A stretch of DNA of 64,000 bases, from positions 3,040,001 through 3,104,000 of the forward strand of contig CBDIID010000003.1 of NCBI GenBank assembly GCA_965279515.1, written 5' to 3'. Numbering within the stretch: the first letter of the stretch is position 1; each line of letters opens with the position of its first letter. The translations under genes were made by a program, and so were the position numbers. Origin of the DNA: Turneriella sp. GTDB lineage: Bacteria > Spirochaetota > Leptospiria > Turneriellales > Turneriellaceae. Shown here one piece after another: positions 56,287 to 64,000 of the stretch. The notes below the pieces were generated by a model that worked only from the letters and a program-made list of their open reading frames with translations, was not told the origin of the DNA and made no database searches.

Positions 56287-57429
56287 ATGAATAATACCAC
56301 CTCACGCAACTCCGCCCTCGATCTTTTGCGCGGCCTGACGATTGCGCTGATGATCGTCGTCAACAACCCCGGGGACTGGAAGCAGATGTTTTCCATATTG
56401 CGGCATGCCGAGTGGGATGGCTTTCTGGGGGCCGATATTGTTTTTCCGCTCTTTCTATTTGTCTCAGGCTTTGCGGCGGCGCTCAAGATCGCGAAAATGC
56501 AGCCCGCCGGCCCTCACTGCGCGTCGGCTCTGACGCTGGACGAAGCCGAGCCCAAACCCTACTATCTGCCACTCATGCGCCGCGCGGTGATTCTATTTGC
56601 GATCGGTCTTTTTCTCAACGCCTGGCCGTTCGGGCTTTTGCCAGGTAGTGAGTTTTCGATTTCTCACCTGCGCATTTGGGGTGTATTGCAGCGCATCGCG
56701 GTTTGTGTGCTCATAGGGGGATTGATCCTTTATCAAGTCAAATCGGTTCGTGGTACAATCATCGCCCTTATCGTACTGGCTGTTCTCTATGAAATGGGTA
56801 TGAGGCTTCCTCTCATACAAACCGGCGAAGGAAATTTCGGGCGCAGCTTTGCCCTCGCCGATAATTTTGCGCGCTATGTCGATACCAGCGTCTTGCCGGC
56901 GGCGATGCTCTACAAGGTGAAGAAAATCCCCTTCGACCCCGAGGGGCTCTTTACCACGCTGACGGCTACCATGACTTTCATCGCCGGAGCGCTGTGCTAT
57001 CGTTTGCCGCAGCGGCGGCTGGTACTTGGCCTGGCGCTGATTCTCGCCGGCGCCGCGTTCGCCTGGGTCGAGCCGGTGAATAAGAATCTCTGGACGCTCA
57101 GCTATGTTCTGTTGACAGGCGGTGCGGGCGTCATGCTGCTATCTTTGTTGGAGAGGATTAATTTCGCTGCCAGTGGTTGGCGATCCCGCATCACGGACCC
57201 ATTCATCCGCATGGGCAAAAACCCGCTGGAAATCTATATACTGAGCGGTATAGTGGGTAAAACCCTGGCTTTGACAAAAATGGCTTCTGGATTGAGTTTG
57301 AAGGTCATTCTCTTCAGCTGGATGGCCTTCTTACCGGTTTCAGGCCAAGTTGCGTCGTTTTTATATTCTTTGATTCTGCTGATTGTACTGGCATGGCTGA
57401 CCCGGTTTATGCGGCGCTTATCCGCTTGA
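56287..57429 (+). CDS. NagX / HGSNAT-like membrane acyltransferase
   Basis: LDLLRGLTI..MIVVN, HAEWDG..ADIVFPLF, GVLQRI, DPEG, NKNLWT. Confidence 0.85.
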   Translation: MNNTTSRNSALDLLRGLTIALMIVVNNPGDWKQMFSILRHAEWDGFLGADIVFPLFLFVSGFAAALKIAKMQPAGPHCASALTLDEAEPKPYYLPLMRRAVILFAIGLFLNAWPFGLLPGSEFSISHLRIWGVLQRIAVCVLIGGLILYQVKSVRGTIIALIVLAVLYEMGMRLPLIQTGEGNFGRSFALADNFARYVDTSVLPAAMLYKVKKIPFDPEGLFTTLTATMTFIAGALCYRLPQRRLVLGLALILAGAAFAWVEPVNKNLWTLSYVLLTGGAGVMLLSLLERINFAASGWRSRITDPFIRMGKNPLEIYILSGIVGKTLALTKMASGLSLKVILFSWMAFLPVSGQVASFLYSLILLIVLAWLTRFMRRLSA

Positions 57430-57459
57430 CCGGCTCATTCAGCTGGTGCAGTAAGTGCT

Positions 57460-57939
57460 ATGGAAATCCGGAACCTATTAGCGATTGCATTGTTGGTGCT
57501 GACATCAGCAGTCTTTGCCAAAGCCAAATTCATTAACAAGGACACGCTCGAGGTCGTCGCCCAAGGCAAGGCGCAGAAATCCGGTTCGGCGACGCGCGAC
57601 GAGGCGGGTTGCAAAGAGGCGGCGCGCAGCGAAGCGCTACGTATCGCCATCGAGACACTAGTCGACATGAACTGGCCGAATGTCAAGGGCAAGGTTTCGC
57701 GCCAGAAGTACGGGGAAAAAGTTATCCAGACGACAGAGGGCAGCATCAAAGGCGGGCACGTAATCGCCGCGAGCTTTGACGACAGCACCGACCCCGTGAC
57801 GTGTACGGTAACGCTGCGGGTCGAACGCCTGGACCCGGCGGCGACGCACAAACGTGTGATGCAGGCCTTGGACGCCGAGGCCAATAGCAAAAAGGAAATT
57901 CTCGCGACGCCATCGCCGAAAAAAAACGCACCGAAATAA
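57460..57939 (+). CDS. secreted hypothetical protein
   Basis: signal peptide ending AVFA; two Cys. Confidence 0.55.
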   Translation: MEIRNLLAIALLVLTSAVFAKAKFINKDTLEVVAQGKAQKSGSATRDEAGCKEAARSEALRIAIETLVDMNWPNVKGKVSRQKYGEKVIQTTEGSIKGGHVIAASFDDSTDPVTCTVTLRVERLDPAATHKRVMQALDAEANSKKEILATPSPKKNAPK

Positions 57940-57997
57940 TTTGCCCGGCAAATGTGTTCTGCCTTGACGCGCGGTTTTCATCGCCGTACGCGCTGAC

Positions 57998-59908
57998 TTG
58001 AACTACCTCTCCGTAGAAAAACTCAGTAAAAGTTTCGGTGTAAAACCGCTGTTCGAGCAAATCTCCTTTGGCCTCGATGCGGGCGATAAGAAGGCGCTCA
58101 TCGCAAAAAACGGCGCCGGTAAGTCGACGCTCATGCAGGTACTCGTCGGCCGTGAACCGCCAGACGCGGGGCGGGTCATACTCAAAAACGGCATAACCAT
58201 AGCCTACCTCGATCAATCCGACAGCTTAGATGAAGCCATGACGATTCTCGAGACCATCTTCGACCAGTCGCGGCCGATGATGCGCACCCTCGCGCGTTAT
58301 GAAGAGGCGATGATTTCGGGCAAGAATATCGACAATGCCATCGCTGAGGTCGAAGCCGCCAACGCATGGGATTACGAACGCAAAATTAAGGGTATTCTGA
58401 CGCGGCTGGGTATCACGAACCTCACGGCGAAGATTGCCTCGCTTTCGGGCGGCGAGCGCAAGCGTGTGGCGCTGGCGCATACGCTGATCGAAGAAGCCGA
58501 TGTGCTGATTTTGGATGAGCCGACGAACCATCTCGACCTCGATATGATCGAATGGCTCGAGAGTTATTTGCAGCGCGAGAGTATCACGCTGCTTTTGGTA
58601 ACCCACGACCGCTATTTTCTCGAGACGATTTGCGATGAGATTCTCGAACTCGATAACGGACAGCTCTATACCTACCACGGCAACTATTCGAACTTTCTCG
58701 AAAAGAAGGCGGAGCGCGAAGAGAGTGAGCGCAAGTCGATCGACACCGCACAGAACAAGATGCGCCGCGAACTTGAATGGATACGCAAGCAGCCGAAGGC
58801 ACGCACAACGAAGGCAAAATACCGGGTCGATGCTTTCGAAGATTTGAAGGTCGCGGCGACGGCGCGCAAAACAGAAAAACTACAGACGCTCGATACCGAG
58901 ATGACGCGTATCGGCGGCAAAATTCTCGATATCACTAACCTCGGAAAAAGTTTCGGCGAGCGCAAGATCATCGAGGGCTTCGAGTATAAATTCCTTAAGG
59001 GTGACCGTATCGGTGTGATTGGCAAGAATGGCACGGGCAAATCGACCTTTCTGAATCTGGTAACGGGGCTTTTGCAGCCCGATACCGGCAAGGTAGAAAA
59101 GGGAGAGAATACTGTCTTTGGTTATTACCGTCAGGCAGGCCTCGACTTCCGCAAAGACGCCACGATTCTCGAGGTTGTGCGCGATGTCGCCGAGGCGATT
59201 CCGCTGGCTAAAGGCAAGTCGCTGACGGCAGCACAGCTGCTCGAACAGTTCTTATTCCCGCCAAGCACACACCGCCAGCTCGCCACGCGGCTGAGCGGTG
59301 GCGAGAAGCGACGCCTTTATCTTTTAACGATTCTCATGAAGAATCCAAATTTTCTGATTCTCGATGAGCCCACGAATGATCTCGACATCGCGACGATTGA
59401 CGTGCTCGAAGACTATCTGCAGAATTTTCCCGGCTGCCTTTTGGTCGTCTCGCATGACCGCTACTTCATGGATAAACTCACGCAGCATCTCTTCGTGCTG
59501 GATGCCGACTTCAAGGGCTTCTCGGACCAACCGCCGGCCGGCTCGAGCCCTGACGCATCGATGCGCCTGGGGCATATCACCGATTTCAACGGCAATTATT
59601 CCGATTACCTTGCGGTCAAAGAAGCTCAGGAAAAAAGCGAGATCGCTGAGCAGAAAAGCCAGCAAAAATCACGCGAGAAGAAAGAACGTGAAAAGCCGAA
59701 GGGTCCGACAATGTCGCAGATCAAAGAGCGTGAAGGTCTCGAAAAGGAAATCCCGCTATTGGAAGCAAAGCTCGCGAGCCTCACAGCAGAGCTTGCCACG
59801 GCCGGCCTGCCCTTCGAGCGCACTGCGGCTTTGGGGCGCGAGATCGACGCCTTGAATCAGCAAATAGAGTCGAAGACTAACCGCTTTTTGGAGCTTGTCG
59901 AACCCTAA
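57998..59908 (+). CDS. ABC-F family ATPase (Uup-like)
   Basis: two ABC domains (NGAGKST and NGTGKST, LSGGE, LDEPTN, HDRYF), no TM, C-terminal coiled coil. Confidence 0.93.
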   Translation: MNYLSVEKLSKSFGVKPLFEQISFGLDAGDKKALIAKNGAGKSTLMQVLVGREPPDAGRVILKNGITIAYLDQSDSLDEAMTILETIFDQSRPMMRTLARYEEAMISGKNIDNAIAEVEAANAWDYERKIKGILTRLGITNLTAKIASLSGGERKRVALAHTLIEEADVLILDEPTNHLDLDMIEWLESYLQRESITLLLVTHDRYFLETICDEILELDNGQLYTYHGNYSNFLEKKAEREESERKSIDTAQNKMRRELEWIRKQPKARTTKAKYRVDAFEDLKVAATARKTEKLQTLDTEMTRIGGKILDITNLGKSFGERKIIEGFEYKFLKGDRIGVIGKNGTGKSTFLNLVTGLLQPDTGKVEKGENTVFGYYRQAGLDFRKDATILEVVRDVAEAIPLAKGKSLTAAQLLEQFLFPPSTHRQLATRLSGGEKRRLYLLTILMKNPNFLILDEPTNDLDIATIDVLEDYLQNFPGCLLVVSHDRYFMDKLTQHLFVLDADFKGFSDQPPAGSSPDASMRLGHITDFNGNYSDYLAVKEAQEKSEIAEQKSQQKSREKKEREKPKGPTMSQIKEREGLEKEIPLLEAKLASLTAELATAGLPFERTAALGREIDALNQQIESKTNRFLELVEP

Positions 59909-59939
59909 GGGTTGACAAGCGCCGCGGCAATGCAGACGG

Positions 59940-60383
59940 ATGTCCATGTGCGGTGCGACCGCTTGTTCTCTTCAAAAAGACCTGGACCAGATCAACGATC
60001 TCGCAGGCTCCCTGCTTTCGCGCGACGGCTATGACCGTTGGAGCCATGGTTCGCCCGAAGAGAAGGCGGCAAATCTCGAAGCGATGGATCGCGAAGATCG
60101 GGAAATCAAGAAGCTCAGGGATAAGCTCACAATTCGAATCCTGGAGCTGCGTGCAACAGACCCTGCGGCGGTGGTCGAATGGGCTTCGGCGCATGAGGCG
60201 CTTTTAACTGACTTCATCAGGGCGAAGAGCGTTGATGCGGAGAAAAACGGTACGGAGATTTACGTCGCGCAGGGCGAGCTTGAGGCATGGGGCAAGCTGA
60301 GAAACGGTGAAGTTTCTACCGTCGATCAAAATGTCTACTACGTGCACTACAATCCGGAATTGTCCCGCTCTTATTTCGGTTGA
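59940..60383 (+). CDS. hypothetical protein
   Basis: ORF fills the gap with plausible composition. Confidence 0.5.
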   Translation: MSMCGATACSLQKDLDQINDLAGSLLSRDGYDRWSHGSPEEKAANLEAMDREDREIKKLRDKLTIRILELRATDPAAVVEWASAHEALLTDFIRAKSVDAEKNGTEIYVAQGELEAWGKLRNGEVSTVDQNVYYVHYNPELSRSYFG

Positions 60384-60418
60384 TGGTAAGCTACCGGAAT
60401 GAAAGACGCCAATGCACC

Positions 60419-60790
60419 ATGCCGGAAATCGATCTCGTTTACGAACAAGACAGATACAACCGCTATGGTGTTATAATCCGCGAAAACGAAATTGTGACTT
60501 ATTGGCTGGGGCCGCGCGATCTCGGTGCGGTGAGCAATTTCAGCATCGGTGCCTTTCTTGAAAATCCGCCAGGCTATATACCGGAAGATGTCGTAAGACA
60601 AGTCGCCGCTATCGTCGCCGGCTGGAGTCCGCCGCAGCAGCAGGGTATCGCTGAAGAACAACGTGCAGAAAGGCAGAAGATGGTATTGCAAAAGGAGCAG
60701 GCGCAACGCGAAGCGAAAGAGGCGCGAGAGACAGAGCAACGTCGAACCTCCATATGGAATTTGCCCGACCCCTGGCGCAAGGCGGATTAA
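60419..60790 (+). CDS. hypothetical protein with C-terminal coiled coil
   Basis: ORF ends 3 nt before the MFS start. Confidence 0.5.
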   Translation: MPEIDLVYEQDRYNRYGVIIRENEIVTYWLGPRDLGAVSNFSIGAFLENPPGYIPEDVVRQVAAIVAGWSPPQQQGIAEEQRAERQKMVLQKEQAQREAKEARETEQRRTSIWNLPDPWRKAD

Positions 60791-60793
60791 CCC

Positions 60794-62038
60794 TTGCCAA
60801 AACTCATTCCTTATTTTCTCATCACGTTTCTCAACATGGCGGGTTTCGCGCTGATTTTTCCCGTCATGCCCGAGATGCTTGACTACTTTCAGAAAACCGT
60901 ACCCGAATCGGGCCGCTGGCTCGATGCGGCGGCGAACCTGCTTTTTCCCGCGCAGGCGCCGCAGCAAATGCGGCTGGTTTTTCTCGGTGGGCTGATTGCG
61001 CTTGGTTATTCGCTGACCGCTTATTTTGCTTCGCCGCTCTGGGGCCGCTTATCTGACCGCTACGGCCGCCGCCCGATCATCTTTATTTCTACCGCTGGCA
61101 TGCTGGTGGCGACCGCAGTTTGGATCTTCTTTGCGGGGGCCGGTGTGTTGTTTTTTTCGCGGCTTTTTGCCGGTTGTTTTTCAGGCAGTTTGGGTGTGGT
61201 GAGCGCGGCGATTGCCGACGTCAGCAATGAAGAAGAGAAGGCCGAACGTATGGGCTACTTTGGCGCGGCCTTGGGTGCCGGTATGCTTTTGGGGCCAGTG
61301 CTCGGCGGATTGCTTTCGTTGCTCGAACTTCCGCTCTGGCACAAATATTCACACTTGGCCATCGCGACCTGTGTTCTTTATCTTGTGGAGCTCATGCTCA
61401 ACCGGCTTTGGACTCAGGAAACTTTGGAGAACCGGCAGAATGTGCGTAGCCGGCTACGCTTTTTTCCTGCGGTATTCTCACTGCCGGGCCGTGATTTCAA
61501 ATTGCTCTGGGTTATCTATGTTCTCTATTGTATCGTGTTTTCGGCGATTGATTTTGTCATGCCGTACTTTTACCGCCTCGAATTTTCACTCAGCCCTGCG
61601 CGCATAGCCCTGGTCTTTCTGCTAATCGGTTTTGTACTCGTGTTGGGGCAGGCGCTCTTCGCTGGTCCGGCTGTGAAGCGCTGGGGCTACAAACGCGTGC
61701 TTGTGCTGAGCCTTACGGCCATGCCGTTGCCGTTAATCCTCGTGGGATTTACTCCCCCGTATTTTCTTCTTTCACTCTTGGGCATTGTGCCAATTGCCCT
61801 GTGTGGCTCATTCTTCATGCCCGTGGTACCGGGACTCGGCACCACCATCGCGCCGCCCGATCAAAAAGGGTATTATATGGGTATTCTCGACGCGGGGCGC
61901 GCGCTGGCCTTTGCCATTGGGCCTGTCATGGGGGCCTTGCTCTATTTCTTTCTGGGGGCGAAAGCCGGCCTAATCGCTATGGCCGCAGTGATTTTGGTCG
62001 CCGCCTTGATCGCCGCAAGAATCAGGCAGTCTCGTTAA
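60794..62038 (+). CDS. MFS transporter (TetA/DHA1-like)
   Basis: WGRLSDRYGRRP, GAALGAGMLLGP. Confidence 0.88.
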   Translation: MPKLIPYFLITFLNMAGFALIFPVMPEMLDYFQKTVPESGRWLDAAANLLFPAQAPQQMRLVFLGGLIALGYSLTAYFASPLWGRLSDRYGRRPIIFISTAGMLVATAVWIFFAGAGVLFFSRLFAGCFSGSLGVVSAAIADVSNEEEKAERMGYFGAALGAGMLLGPVLGGLLSLLELPLWHKYSHLAIATCVLYLVELMLNRLWTQETLENRQNVRSRLRFFPAVFSLPGRDFKLLWVIYVLYCIVFSAIDFVMPYFYRLEFSLSPARIALVFLLIGFVLVLGQALFAGPAVKRWGYKRVLVLSLTAMPLPLILVGFTPPYFLLSLLGIVPIALCGSFFMPVVPGLGTTIAPPDQKGYYMGILDAGRALAFAIGPVMGALLYFFLGAKAGLIAMAAVILVAALIAARIRQSR

Positions 62039-62088
62039 CATAGCATGTTTCTCCAAGGCGATGCCGCAGGTTATCATTAGCTTGAACC

Positions 62089-63261
62089 ATGCTGTTTTTC
62101 TACGCCAATAGTTTTTTGACCTTGCTGATCGGCAACATGTTTGTCTATGCGATGATCATCTTTTCACGCGCCTCCAGTGGTTCCGATGCGATTGCCGGTT
62201 TTGTCTATGCGGGTAATCTCGTGCCGCCGCTGATTCTGGGGCTCTACGCGGGCACGTTGCTCGATCGTTTCCACCGCAAAACCGTGGTGATGATCGCGCA
62301 GACATCTTTTATTCTGACCGGTACGATCATGATGTGGCTCACGGCAAATCATTCCGCGGTTCTGACCCCGGTTATGCTTATTGGCGTGATGGTTATCAAT
62401 GGCATCGGTTTGAGTTTTATCATTCCCGGCCGCCTCGCCCTGCTCGGAGATCTTGTGCCGGCGGAGAAAATCCCGCAGGAAAGCATGAAGATTCAGATCA
62501 TGATTATGCTTGGCTTTGGTCTGGCGCCCTTTGTCGTCGGTTTTCTGCGCCGGCATTATGAATGGCCCGTGGTCTTCGGCACGATCGCGGTGATCTATGC
62601 GTTGGCTACTCTGCTGCTGATTCCCGTCAAAACAACGGCAGGTAGGCGCGATGCCGCCGAGTCACCGTGGGCGAGCCTCAAGCATGGTCTGCGTTATGTG
62701 CGCAGCCAGCCGATGATTCTGAGTCTACTCGCCGCAACCTATGTCGGGCTTTTTCTTGTAGGGCCGCTGCAGGTGCTCATGCCAGAATTTGCCCGCAGCC
62801 GCTTGCATCTCAACGATGCGGAACGCGGTTCGCTGATGACCCTGCTGGGTGTCGGGCTGCTTTTGGGGGGCGCCTTGGCGCAGTTTCTGGCGCACCGTTT
62901 GCGCCGGGGGCTAATGATCGTTTCGGGCGCGGGGGCTTCAGGGCTGGCAATGTTCTTTATTGCGGATTCGCAAAGCCCGGTTTTCGTGGCTGTGGCGCTT
63001 TGCCTGGCGGGTATCTTTGGTGGCCTGATGAGTACGCTGATACCTGCGGCGTTACAGCAGCATACGGCGGATGCCTCGCGGGGACGCGTCATGAGTATCT
63101 ATAACATCGTTTTCCAGAGCGCTGTGGGGTCGGCGGCCATTGGCCTGTCGCAGCTGTCGCGCGCGACCAATATCAGTTTTGCCATTCAGGCCGGTGGTCT
63201 CATGATCGTGGGCGGTGCCGCGCTGTGTTGGTTATTAAGACCACTGCGCACGCTACGCTGA
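62089..63261 (+). CDS. MFS transporter
   Basis: AGTLLDRFHRK, SLKHGLRYV, RGRVMS. Confidence 0.88.
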   Translation: MLFFYANSFLTLLIGNMFVYAMIIFSRASSGSDAIAGFVYAGNLVPPLILGLYAGTLLDRFHRKTVVMIAQTSFILTGTIMMWLTANHSAVLTPVMLIGVMVINGIGLSFIIPGRLALLGDLVPAEKIPQESMKIQIMIMLGFGLAPFVVGFLRRHYEWPVVFGTIAVIYALATLLLIPVKTTAGRRDAAESPWASLKHGLRYVRSQPMILSLLAATYVGLFLVGPLQVLMPEFARSRLHLNDAERGSLMTLLGVGLLLGGALAQFLAHRLRRGLMIVSGAGASGLAMFFIADSQSPVFVAVALCLAGIFGGLMSTLIPAALQQHTADASRGRVMSIYNIVFQSAVGSAAIGLSQLSRATNISFAIQAGGLMIVGGAALCWLLRPLRTLR

Positions 63262-63316
63262 CCCCGTCGCCGAAACAATTGCATTTACGATGGTGGTATG
63301 AAATTCCCTGTTGTGC

Positions 63317-64000
63317 ATGCTGCGCTGGTCTGCTCTGATTCTTTTGCTTCTGACCGCATCGCTTGCCGCCGATTCACCCGATGCGCAATGCGAGCCCAAT
63401 GCACTGATTGCTAAACCGGATTTTCAGGTTTCGGTGACGTCGGCCTACCGTGCGGCCGAGGGCGGCTATGAAGTTACCGTCAAAAATAACGAAAAATTCC
63501 CCGTCTATCTCGACATGCGCATGACAAAACTCGTGAATCTCACCTCGGCCAAGGGAAAATCTTTTGTTGTGCCGGTCGCCGCAGAAAGCGAAATCGTCGC
63601 CGTGCATCTGCGCGTGAGAAATCCTGCTTTGGCTGCCAATTTTAATTACACGTTCGACACCTATCTCAACGATGTGAAGAATACAAAACACAATCCCAAA
63701 ACCGAATACGAGCTGCCGTTTCAGGCGGGATTTTCGTCGCCGATTCTGCAGGGGTATCGCGGTAAGTTTTCACATAACACCGAAATTAACCTGCATGCGC
63801 TCGATTTTGGTATGCCGCGTGGCACGCCGATTCTCGCCGCGCGCGACGGCATGGTGATTGCCTCACGCAGCGATATGCGCAGCGGTGGGATCGATCCCTC
63901 TTTGTTGAATTCGGTGGATAGCGGCGGCAATCTGGTCATGGTGCTGCATGACGACGGCACTGTGGGTCATTATTACCACATGCGCTGCGGCAGTATTACG
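63317..64000 (+). CDS. M23 family metallopeptidase (runs off the 3' end of the window; not in the ORF track)
   Basis: signal MLRWSALILLLLTASLA; SH..NLHALDFGMPRGTPILAARDG, GNLVMVLHDDG..YYH. Confidence 0.85.
   Translation, partial: MLRWSALILLLLTASLAADSPDAQCEPNALIAKPDFQVSVTSAYRAAEGGYEVTVKNNEKFPVYLDMRMTKLVNLTSAKGKSFVVPVAAESEIVAVHLRVRNPALAANFNYTFDTYLNDVKNTKHNPKTEYELPFQAGFSSPILQGYRGKFSHNTEINLHALDFGMPRGTPILAARDGMVIASRSDMRSGGIDPSLLNSVDSGGNLVMVLHDDGTVGHYYHMRCGSIT

Noticed and set aside
56253..56486. N-terminal extension of amgK given by the ORF track
   Set aside because: It overlaps the divergent NagX/HGSNAT gene, and kinase-like sequence starts near GTG 56252

Overview
A 64-kb chromosomal window of moderate GC, probably from a Leptospiraceae spirochaete (Turneriella-like). 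This is inferred from a Loa22-like OmpA lipoprotein, a DUF1566/Lcl protein, SH3b secreted proteins and several class III cyclases. Most of the window is housekeeping, stress and envelope genes: ispD fragment, mtnN, a CIRCE-controlled hsp20 pair, vapBC, an RsrR-type Rrf2/AhpD operon, rpmH-rnpA-yidD, msrB/msrA, two adenylate/guanylate cyclases, a scattered MurNAc-recycling set (amgK, murU, namZ, SSS transporter, NagX/HGSNAT), an ABC-F protein, MFS transporters and a partial M23 peptidase. Two features stand out. (1) A ~330-nt structured non-coding RNA (6734-7065) lies directly upstream of a slipin/SPFH gene. It has its own promoter, paired ends, a circularly permuted YrlA-like tRNA domain and a second T-arm, and there is no Ro60 or RtcB gene in the window. 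(2) An AT-rich HEPN-like gene (18512-19297) is framed by a 22-bp inverted repeat and followed by a ~200-nt attC-like hairpin. It looks like an orphan integron-type cassette and sits next to a decayed higBA module. No tRNA, rRNA, CRISPR array, transposase or integrase was recognised. All calls were made by eye, without database searches.
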